This document shows positions 13,201 to 25,000 of a stretch of DNA of 64,000 nt, piece by piece. Within the stretch, counting starts at the first letter, position 1; each line of letters starts with the position of its first letter. The notes beneath the pieces were generated by a model that worked only from the letters and a program-made list of their open reading frames with translations, was not told where the DNA came from and did not search any database. Position numbers and translations under genes: made by a program. This DNA is from Balanoglossus misakiensis (Eukaryota; Animalia; Hemichordata), in the NCBI GenBank assembly GCA_040954595.2, contig CM082586.2, positions 11,873,337-11,937,336 on the forward strand, in the 5' to 3' direction.

Positions 13201-16200
13201 GTGACTGTTCCACTTAAATCTTGTAGAGAATTCGTTATTCCAAAACAAAGCCTTCAAACTATACATAAGTCTTTTTAGTAAAACATATCCATTTATGTGA
13301 CCATTCTTTGAATTCTATTTATGATGTAAGAAATTAAATTATTTGCAATATTAATCTATCCCTTACAACATTCCAGCATAACTCTTTCTATATTTGTTTT
13401 CATTCTGTGACTGTTCCACTTAAATCTTGGAGAGAATTCGTTATTCCAAAACAAAGCCTTGAAACTATACATATCCTGTTACATGACCTTTCTTTGAATT
13501 CCATTTATGATGTAAGAAATTAAATTTTTTGCAATATTAATCTATCCCTTACAACATTCCAGCATAACTCTTTCCATATTTGTTTTCATTCTGTGATTGT
13601 TCCACTTAAATCTTGTAGAGAATTCGTTATTCCAAAACAAAGCCTTGAAACTATACATATCCTGTTACGTGACGTTTCTTTGAATTCCATTTATGATGTA
13701 AGAAATTAAATTATTTGCAATATTAATCTATCCCTTACAACATTCCAGCATAACTATTTCAATATTTGTTTTCATTCTGTAACTGTTCCACTTAAATCTT
13801 GTAGAGAATTCGTTATTCCAAAACAAAGCCTTGAAACTATACATATGTCTTTTTTGTAAAACATGGCCCGTTATGTGACCATTCTTTGAATTCCATTTAT
13901 GATGTAAGAAATTAAATTATTTGCAATATTAATCTATCCCTTACAACATTCCGGCATAACGCTTTCTATATTTGTTTTCATTCTGTGACTGTTACACTTA
14001 AATCTTGTAGAGAATTCGTTATTCCAAAACAAAGCCTTCAAACTATACATATTAAGTCTTTTTAGTAAAACATGGCCCGTTATGTGACCATTCTTTGAAT
14101 TCCATTTATGATGTAAGAAATTAAATTATTTGCAATATTAATCTATCCCTTACAACATTCCGGCATAACGCTTTCCATATTTGTTTTTATTCTGTGACTG
14201 TTCCACTTAAATCTTGTAGAGAATTCGTTATTCCAAAACAAAGCCTTGAAACTATACATAAGTCTTTTTACTAAAGCATGGCCCAATATGTGACCATTCT
14301 TTGAATTCCATTTATGATATAAGAAATTAAATTATTTGCAATATTAATCTATCCCTTACAACATTCCGGCATAACTCTTTCTATATTTGTTTTCATTCTG
14401 TGACTGTTCCACTTAAATCTTGTAGAGAATTCGTTATTCCAAAACAAAGCCTTGAAACTATACATAAGTCTTTTTAGTAAAACATGGCCCGTTATGTGAC
14501 CATTCTTTGAATTCCATTTATGATGTAAGAAATTAAATTATTTGCAATATCAATCTATCCCTTACAACATTCCTGCATAACGCTTTCCAAACGTGTTTTC
14601 ATTCTGTGACTGTTCCACTTAAATCTTGTAGAGAATTCGTTATTCCAAAACAAAGCCTTCAAACTATACATATTAAGTCTTTTTAGTAAAACATGGCCTG
14701 TTATTTGACCATTCATTGAATTTCATTTATGATGTAAGAAACTAAATTATTTGCAATATTATACTATCCCTTACAACATTCCAGCATAACTCTTTCCATA
14801 TTTGTTTTCATTCTGTGACTGTTGCACTTAAATCTTGTAGAGAATTTTTTTATTCCAAAACAAAGCCTTGAAACTATACATACGTCTTTTTAGTAAAACA
14901 TGGCCCGTTATTTGACCATTCTTTGAATTTCATTGATGATGTAAGAAATTAAATTATTTGCAATAGTAAAATATCCCTTACAACATTCCGACATAACTCT
15001 TTCCATATTTGTTTTCATTCTGTGACTGTTCCACTTAAATCTTGGAGAGAATTCGTTATTCCAAAACAAAGCCTTGAAACTATACATATCCTGTTACGTG
15101 ACCTTTCTTTGAATTCCATTTATGATGTAAGAAATTAAATTTTTTGCAATATTAATCTATCCCTTACAACATTCCAGCATAACTCTTTCCATATTTGTTT
15201 TCATTCTGTGATTGTTCCACTTAAATCTTGTAGAGAATTCGTTATTCCAAAACAAAGCCTTGAAACTATACATATCCTGTTACGTGACGTTTCTTTGAAT
15301 TCCATTTATGATGTAAGAAATTAAATTATTTGCAATATTAATCTATCCCTTACAACATTCCGGCATAACGCTTTCCATATTTGTTTTCATTCTGTAACTG
15401 TTCCACTTAAATCTTGTAGAGAATTCGTTATTCCAAAACAAAGCCTTGAAACTATACATATGTCTTCTTTGTAAAACATGGCCCGTTATGTGACCATTCT
15501 TTGAATTCCATTTATGATATAAGAAATTAAATTATTTGCAATATTAATCTATCCCTTACAACATTCCGGCATAACTCTTTCTATATTTGTTTTCATTCTG
15601 TGACTGTTCCACTTAAATCTTGTAGAGAATTCGTTATTCCAAAACAAAGCCTTGAAACTATACATAAGTCTTTTTAGTAAAACATGGCCCGTTATGTGAC
15701 CATTCTTTGAATTCCATTTATGATGTAAGAAATTAAATTATTTGCAATATTAATCTATCCCTCACAACATTCCGGCATAACGCTTTCCAAATGTGTTTTC
15801 ATTCTGTGACTGTTCCACTTAAATCTTATAGAGAATTCGTTATTCCAAAACAAAGCCTTCAAACTATACATAAGTCTTTTTAGTAAAACATATCCATTTA
15901 TGTGACCATTCTTTGAATTCTATTTATGATGTAAGAAATTAAATTATTTGCAATATTAATCTATCCCTTACAACATTCCGGCATAACGCTTTCCAAATGT
16001 GTTTTCATTCTGTGACTGTTCCACTTAAATCTTGTAGAGAATTCGTTATTCCAAAACAAAGCCTTCAAACTATACATAAGTCTTTTTAGTAAAACATATC
16101 CATTTATGTGACCATTCTTTGAATTCTATTTATGATGTAAGAAATTAAATTATTTGCAATATTAATCTATCCCTTACAACATTCCAGCATAACTCTTTCT

Positions 16201-19200
16201 ATATTTGTTTTCATTCTGTGACTGTTCCACTTAAATCTTGGAGAGAATTCGTTATTCCAAAACAAAGCCTTGAAACTATACATAAGTCTTTTTACTAAAG
16301 CATGGCCCAATATGTGACCATTCTTTGAATTCCATTTATGATATAAGAAATTAAATTATTTGCAATATTAATCTATCCCTTACAACATTCCGGCATAACT
16401 CTTTCTATATTTGTTTTCATTCTGTGACTGTTCCACTTAAATCTTGTAGAGAATTCGTTATTCCAAAACAAAGCCTTGAAACTATACATAAGTCTTTTTA
16501 GTAAAACATGGCCCGTTATGTGACCATTCTTTGAATTCCATTTATGATGTAAGAAATTAAATTATTTGCAATATCAATCTATCCCTTACAACATTCCTGC
16601 ATAACGCTTTCCAAATGTGTTTTCATTCTGTGACTGTTCCACTTAAATCTTGTAGAGAATTCGTTATTCCAAAACAAAGCCTTCAAACTATACATATTAA
16701 GTCTTTTTAGTAAAACATGGCCCGTTATTTGACCATTCATTGAATTTCATTTATGATGTAAGAAACTAAATTATTTGCAATATTATACTATCCCTTACAA
16801 CATTCCAGCATAACTCTTTCCATATTTGTTTTCATTCTGTGACTGTTGCACTTAAATCTTGTAGAGAATTTTTTTATTCCAAAACAAAGCCTTGAAACTA
16901 TACATACGTCTTTTTAGTAAAACATGGCCCGTTATTTGACCATTCTTTGAATTTCATTGATGATGTAAGAAATTAAATTATTTGCAATAGTAAAATATCC
17001 CTTACAACATTCCGACATAACTCTTTCCATATTTGTTTTCATTCTGTGACTGTTCCACTTAAATCTTGTAGAGAATTCGTTATTCCAAAACAAAGCCTTG
17101 AAACTATACATATCCTGTTACGTGACGTTTCTTTGAATTCCATTTATGATGTAAGAAATTAAATTTTTTGCAATATTAATCTATCCCTTACAACATTCCG
17201 GCATAACGCTTTCCATATTTGTTTTTATTCTGTGACTGTTCCACTTAAATCTTGTAGAGAATTCGTTATTCCAAAACAAAGCCTTGAAACTATACATAAG
17301 TCTTTTTTGTAAAACATGGCCCGTTATGTGACCATTCTTTGAATTCCATTTATGATGTAAGAAATTAAATTATTTGCAATATTAATCTATCCCTTACAAC
17401 ATTCCGGCATAACGCTGTCCATATTTGTTTTTATTCTGTGACTGTTCCACTAAAATCTTGTAGAGAATTCGTTATTCCAAAACAAAGCCTTGAAACTATA
17501 CATAAGTCTTTTTACTAAAACATGGCCCGTTATGTGACCATTCTTTGAATTCCATTTATGATGTAAGAAATTAAATTATTTGCAATATTAATCTATCCCT
17601 TACAACATTCCAGCATAACTATTTCAATATTTGTTTTCATTCTGTAACTGTTCCACTTAAATCTTGTAGAGAATTCGTTATTCCAAAACAAAGCCTTGAA
17701 ACTATACATAAGTCTTTTTTGTAAAACATGGCCAGTTATGTGACCATTCTTTGAATTCCATTTATGATGTAAGAAATTAAATTATTTGCAATATTAATCT
17801 ATCCCTTACAACATTCCGGCATAACGCTTTCTATATTTGTTTTCATTCTGTGACTGTTACACTTAAATCTTGTAGAGAATTCGTTATTCCAAAACAAAGC
17901 CTTCAAACTATACATAAGTCTTTTTAGTAAAACATATCCATTTATGTGACCATTCTTTGAATTCCATTCATGATGTAAGAAATTAAATTATTTGCAATAT
18001 TAATCTATCCCTTACAACATTCCAGCATAACTCTTTCTATATTTGTTTTCATTCTGTGACTGTTCCACTTAAATCTTGGAGAGAATTCGTTATTCCAAAA
18101 CAAAGCCTTGAAACTATACATATCCTGTTACGTGACCTTTCTTTGAATTCCATTTATGATGTAAGAAATTTAATTTTTTGCAATATTAATCTATCCCTTA
18201 CAACATTCCAGCATAACTCTTTCCATATTTGTTTTCATTCTGTGATTGTTCCACTTAAATCTTGTAGAGAATTCGTTATTCCAAAACAAAGCCTTGAAAC
18301 TATACATATCCTGTTACGTGACGTTTCTTTGAATTCCATTTATGATGTAAGAAATTAAATTATTTGCAATATTAATCTATCCCTTACAACATTCCAGCAT
18401 AACTATTTCAATATTTGTTTTCATTCTGTAACTGTTCCACTTAAATCTTGTAGAGAATTCGTTATTCCAAAACAAAGCCTTCAAACTATACATATTAAGT
18501 CTTTTTAGTAAAACATGGCCCGTTATTTGACCATTCTTTGAATTTCATTTATGATGTAAGAAATTAAATTATTTGCAATATTAAACTATCCCTTACAACA
18601 TTCCAGCATAACTATTTGAATGTTTGTTTTCATTCTATAACTGTTCCACTTAAATCTTGGAGAGAATTCGTTATTCCAAAACAAAGCCTTGAAACTATAT
18701 ATAAGTCTTTTTAGTAAAACATGGCCCGTGATTTGACCATACTTTGAATTTCATTTATGATGTAAGAAATTAAATTATTTGCAATATTAATCTATCCCTT
18801 ACAACATTCCGGCATAATTCTTTGTATATTTGTTTTCATTCTGTGACTGTTCCACTTAAATCTTGTAGAGAATTTGGTATTTCAACACAAATACTTGAAC
18901 CTATACATAAGTCTTTTTAGTAAAAGATATCCAGTTATGTGACCATTCTTTGAATTCCATTTATGATGTAAGAAATTAAATTTTATGCAATATTAAACTA
19001 TCCCTTACAACATTCCAGCATAACTATTTGAATATTTGTTTTCATTCTGTAACTGTTCACCTTAAATCTTGTAGAGAATTCGTTATTCCAAAACAAACCC
19101 TTGAAACTATACATGTTTTTTTAGTAAAACATGGCCCGTTATGTGACCATTCTTTGAATTCCATTTATGATTTAAGAAATTAAATTATTTGCAATATTAA

Positions 19201-20277
19201 TCTATCCCTTACAACATTCCGGCATAACGCTTTCCATATTTGTTTTCATTCTGTGACTGTTCCACTTAAATCTTGTAGAGAATTCGTTATTCCAAAACAA
19301 AGCCTTGAAACTATACATAAGTCTATTTTTTGTAAAACATGGCCCGTTATGTGACCAATCTTTGAATTCATTTTATGATGTAAGAAATTAAATTATTTGC
19401 AATATTAATCTATCCCTTAGAACATTCCGGCATAACTATTTCTATATTTGTTTTCATTCTGTAACTGTTCCACTTAAATCTTGGAGAGAATTCGTTATTC
19501 CAAAACAAAGCCGTGAAACTATACATAAGTCTTTTTAGTAAAACATGGCCCGTTATGTGACCATTCTTTGAATTCCATTTATGATGTAAGAAATTAAATT
19601 ATTTGCAATATTAATCTATCCCTTACAACATTCCGGCATAACGCTTTCCATATTTGTTTTCATTCTGTGACTGTTGCACTTAAATCTTGTAGAGAATTTT
19701 TTTATTCCAAAACAAAGCCTTGAAACTATACATACGTCTTTTTAGTAAAACATGGCCCGTTATTTGACCATTCTTTGAATTTCATTGATGATGTAAGAAA
19801 TTAAATTATTTGCAATAGTAAAATATCCCTTACAACATTCCGACATAACTCTTTCCATATTTGTTTTCATTCTGTGACTGTTCCACTTAAATCTTGTAGA
19901 GAATTCGTTATTCCAAAACAAAGCCTTGAAACTATACATAAGTCTTTTTAGTAAAACATAGCCCGTTATTTGACCATTCTTTGAATTTCATTTATGATGT
20001 AAGAAATTAAATTATTTGCATTATTAATCTATCCCTTACAACATTCCGGCATAACGCTTTCCATATTTGTTTTCATTCTGTGACTGTTCCACTTAAATCT
20101 TGTAGAGAATTCGTTATTCCAAAACAAAGCCTTGAACCTATACATTAGTCTTTTTAGTAAAACATATCCAGTTATGTGACCATTCTTTGAATTCCATTTA
20201 TGATGTAAGAAATTAAATTTTATGCAATATTAATCTATCCCTTACAACATTTCAGCATAACTCTTTCCATATTTGTT
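7221..20277 (+). repeat. AT-rich satellite, segment 1 (186/206-bp monomers)
   Basis: Tandem copies of TTCCAAAACAAAGCCTTGAAACTATACAT[AAGTCTTTTTAGTAAAACAT]...GAGAATTCGTTA; measured periods 7221-7427 = 206, 7427-7613 = 186, 8231-8437 = 206; two GAATTC sites per consensus monomer. Confidence 0.99.
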
Positions 20278-20330
20278 AGGTCCCATTGGTATAGGCCTAT
20301 ATACCATGGGACCTTATGGGATGGGTTGCG

Positions 20331-20397
20331 TCTGTATGTATGTATGGATGGATGTATGGATGTATGGATGTATGGATGTATGTCTGTATGTCCGTCC
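20331..20397 (+). repeat. (TGTA/TGGA/TGTC)n microsatellite within the HINE-like element
   Basis: tctgtatgtatgtatggatggatgtatggatgtatggatgtatggatgtatgtctgtatgtccgtcc. Confidence 0.95.
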
Positions 20398-20814
20398 ACA
20401 TCAAAAACTTGAAAACCGCTGCGCGTATCACCTCAATATTTGGTGTGTAGGTGCAGGCAGGGCTGTAGATGAGAGTTTGTCCAAATGAAGTTGCCAGGCC
20501 CAAAAATATGCAAATTAGCTTGTAAAATGTGAAATTGATCAAAACTCTGTAAGTCAACAATTACTGGTCAGATTGCTTTAAAAATTGGCATGCATGTACC
20601 TTATGTCAACCTCACATCGACCTGTAAGTGTTAAGTTAATATCATGGATGTTTTATTTTTTATGAATTTTTTAGCCTTTTTATTAAATTTATACCTTTAC
20701 ATTATACCTCTATGGTTAAGCTATGTCCACGTCTTATTGTGGAATTCTGGTCTGTGCAATAGTCCTGTACAGTGACTGTCTATTGGTCAGTGAGCACAAT
20801 GGGGCAAAAATAAA

Positions 20815-21970
20815 ATGTCAAATTTTTGGGCTCACCTGTAACACCTGCTTATTACATTACTTATGTGCATACCTAATTCCGGGCTAAGTAATAGGGCTAG
20901 AGGTTTCGTTCTTGTGGGACATGGACCAGTATAGGGTCAAAATTTCTTGCCCAAATTTTGGGTGACCTCAGGTGACCTTTGACCTACTTTTCCATATCTT
21001 GGCATCCAGAGCAGGTACAGACTTGGCGTTTGGAGAGTTGGCACTAAAATTGAAAAGCCAAAATTGGGGGTCACCTGTGACACCTGCATATCTCATTAAT
21101 TATGTGCATACCTAATTCCAGGCTAACCAATAGGGCTATAGGTTTGGTTTTTGTTGAACATGGACCAGTATAGGGTCAAAAATTCTTGCCCAAATTTTGC
21201 ATGACCTTAGGTGACCTTTGACCTACTTTACCATATCTTGGCATCCAGAGCAGGTACAGACTTGGCGTTTGGAGGGTTGGCACTAAAATTGAAAAGCCAA
21301 AATTGGGGGTCACCTGTGACACCTGCATATCTCATTAATTATGTGCATACCTAATTCCAGGCTAACCAATAAGGCTATAGGTTTGGATTTTGTTGAACAT
21401 GGACCAGTATAGGGTCAAAATTTCTTGCCCAAATTTTGCATGACCTCAGGTGACCTTTGACCTACTTTTCCATATCTTGGCATCCAGAGCAGGTACAGAC
21501 TTCGCGTTTGGAGGGTTGGGACTAAAATTGAAAAGCCAAAATTGGGGGTCACCTGTGACACCTGCATATCTCATTAATTATGTGCATACCTAATTCCAGG
21601 CTAACCAATAGGGCTATAGGTTTGGTTTTTGTTGAACATGGACCAGTATAGGGTCAAAATTTCTTGCCCAAATTTTGCATGACCTCAGGTGACCTTTGAC
21701 CTACTTTTCCATATCTTGGCATCCAGAGCAGGTACAGACTTCGCATTTGGAGGGTTGGGACTAAAATTGAAAAGCCAAAATTGGGGGTCACCTGTGACAC
21801 CTGCATATCTCATTAATTATGTGCATACCTAATTCCAGGCTAACCAATAGGGCTATAGGTTTGGTTTTTGTTGAACATGGACCAGTATAGGGTCAAAATT
21901 TCTTGCCCAAATTTTGCATGACCTCAGGTGACCTTTGACCTACTTTTCCATATCTTGGCATCCAGAGCAG
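20815..21970 (+). repeat. 239-bp internal tandem repeat, about 4.8 copies
   Basis: ATGGACCAGTATAGGGTCAAAA recurs at 20921, 21160, 21399, 21638 and 21877 (exact 239-bp period); the first copy is the most diverged. Confidence 0.98.
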
Positions 21971-22040
21971 ATATGCTTATTGCTATGTTGCTATGTGCTA
22001 TGTCCTCAAATGGGACCACAGTGTCCTTGACGCTATTTTT

Positions 22041-25000
22041 TTCATTCTGTGACTGTGCCACTTAAATCTTGTAGAGAAATCGTTATTCCAAAACAAAGCC
22101 TTGAAACTATACATATCCTGTTACGTGACGTTTCTTTGAATTCCATTTATGATGTAAGAAGTTAAATTATTTGCAATATTAATCTATTCCCTACAACATT
22201 CAGGCATAACTCTTTCCATATTTGTTTTCATTCTGTAACTGTTACACTTAAATCTTGTAGAGAATTCGTTATTCCAAAACAAAGCCATCAAACTATACAT
22301 ATTAAGTCTTTTTAGTAAAACATGGCCCGATATTTGACCATTCTTTGAATTTCATTTATGATGTAAGAAATTAAATTATTTGCAATATATAACTATCCCT
22401 TACAACATTCCAACATAACTCTTTCCATATTTGTTTTCATTGTGTAACTGTTCCACTTAAATCTTGTAGAGAATTCGTTATTCCAAAACAAAGCCTTGAA
22501 ACTATAACATAAGTCTTTTTAGTAAAACATATCCAGTTATGTGACCATTCTTTGAATTCCATTTATGATGTAAGAAATTAAATTTTATGCAATATTAATC
22601 TATCCCTTACAACATTTCAGCATAACTCTTTCCATATTTGTTTTTATTCTGTGACTGTGCCACTTAAATCTTGTAGAGAATTCGTTATTCCAAAACAAAG
22701 CCTTGAAACTATACATATCTTGTTACGTGACGTTTCTTTGAATTCCATTTATGATGTAAGAAATTAAATTATTTGCAATATTAATCTATTCCTTACAACA
22801 TTCCGGCATAACTCTTTCCATATTTGTTTTCATTCTGTAACTGTTACACTTAAATCTTGTAGAGAATTCGTTATTCCAAAACAAAGCCTTCAAACTATAC
22901 ATATTAAGTCTTTTTAGTAAAACATGGCCCGTTATTTGACCATTCTTTGAATTTCATTTATGATGTAAGAAATTAAATTATTTGCAATATATAACTATCC
23001 CTTACAACATTCCAACATAACTCTTTCCATATTTGTTTTCATTCTGTAACTGTTCCACTTAAATCGTGTAGAGAATTCGTTATTCCAAAACAAAGCCTTG
23101 AAACTATAACATAAGTCTTTTTAGTAAAACATATCCAGTTATGTGACCATTCTTTGAATTCATTTTATGATGTAAGAATTTAAATTATTTGCAATATTAA
23201 TCTATCCCTTACAACATTCCAGCATAACTCTTTCCATATTTGTTTTCATTCTGTGACTGTTCCACTTAAATCTTTTAGAGAATTCGTTATTCCAATACAA
23301 AGCCTTGAAACTATACATAAGTCTTTTTGTAAAACATGGCCCGTTATGTGACCATTCTTTGAATTCCATTTATGATGGAAGAAATTAAATTATTTGCAAT
23401 ATTAATCTATCCCTTACAACATTCCAGCATATCTCTTTCCATATTTGTTTTCATTCTGTGACTGTTCCACTTAAATCTTGTAGAGAATTCGTTATTCCAA
23501 AACAAAGGCTTGAAACTATAACATAAGTCTTGTTAGTAAAACATATCCAGTTATGTGACCATTCTTTGAATTCCATTTATGATGTAAGAAATTAAATTTT
23601 ATGCAATATTAATCTATCCCTTACAACATTTCAGCATAACTCTTTCCATATTTGTTTTCATTCTGTGACTGTGCCACTTAAATCTTGTAGAGAATTCGTT
23701 ATTCCAAAACAAAGCCTTGAAACTATACATATCCTGTTACGTGACGTTTCTTTGAATTCCATTTATGATGTAAGAAATTAAATTATTTGCAATATTAATC
23801 TATTCCTTACAACATTCCGGCATAACTCTTTCCATATTTGTTTTCATTCTGTAACTGTTACACTTAAATCTTGTAGAGAATTCGTTATTCCAAAACAAAG
23901 CCTTCAAACTATACATATTAAGTCTTTTTAGTAAAACATGGCCCGTTATTTGACCATTCTTTGAATTTCATTTATGATGTAAGAAATTAAATTATTTGCA
24001 ATATATAACTATCCCTTACAACATTCCAACATAACTCTTTCCATATTTGTTTTCATTCTGTAACTGTTCCACTTAAATCGTGTAGAGAATTCGTTATTCC
24101 AAAACGAAGCCTTGAAACTATAACATAAGTCTTTTTAGTAAAACATATCCAGTTATGTGACCATTCTTTGAATTCATTTTATGATGTAAGAATTTAAATT
24201 ATTTGCAATATTAATCTATCCCTTACAACATTCCAGCATAACTCTTTCCATATTTGTTTTCATTCTGTGACTGTTCCACTTAAATCTTGTAGAGAATTCG
24301 TTATTCCAAAACAAAGCCTTCAAACTATACATATTAAGTCTTTTTAGTAAAACATGGCCCGTTATTTGACCATTCTTTGAATTTCATTTATGATGTAAGA
24401 AATTAAATTATTTGGAATATTAAACTATCCTTTACAACATTCCAACATAACTATTTGAATATTTGTTTTCATTCTGTAACTGTTCCACTTAAATCTTGTA
24501 GAGAATTCGTTATTCCAAAACAAAGCCTTGAAACTATAACATAAGTCTTTTTAGTAAAACATATCCTGTTATGTGACCATTCTTTGAATTCATTTTATGA
24601 TGTAAGAAATTAAATTATTTGCAATATTAATCTATCCCTTACAACATTCCAGCATATCTCTTTCCATATTTGTTTTCATTCTGTGACTGTTCCTCTTAAA
24701 TCTTGTAGAGAATTCGTTATTCCAAAACAAAGCCTTGAAACTATACATAAGTCTTTTTGTAAAACATGGCCCGTTATGTGACCATTCTTTGAATTCCATT
24801 TTGATGTAAGAAATTAAATTATTTGCAATATTAATCTATCCCTTACAACATTCCGGCATAACGCTTTCCATATTTGTTTTCATTCTGTGACTGTTCAACT
24901 TAAATCTTGTAGAGAATTCGTTATTCCAAAACAAAGCCTTCAAACTATACATATTAAGTCTTTTTAGTAAAACATGGCCCGTTATTTGACCATTCTTTGA

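Larger units (their letters stand above)
20278..22040 (+). mobile_element. Non-autonomous Helentron-associated element (HINE/DINE-1/pearl-like), about 1763 bp
   Basis: Inserted at satellite TT|TT (ATTTGTT|TTCATTCTG) with no TSD and a T-rich end; 5' subterminal repeat GGTCCCATT (20279-20287) inside a 37-bp palindrome; tetranucleotide microsatellite; central tandem array; 3' subterminal inverted repeat AATGGGACC (22009-22017) followed by hairpin AGTGTC-CTT-GACGCT (22020-22034); no coding capacity. Confidence 0.85.

Noticed and set aside
20273-20560. ORFs at the start of the HINE-like insertion
   Set aside because: Produced by the stop-poor microsatellite (low-complexity MYVWMD/IHPY translations).
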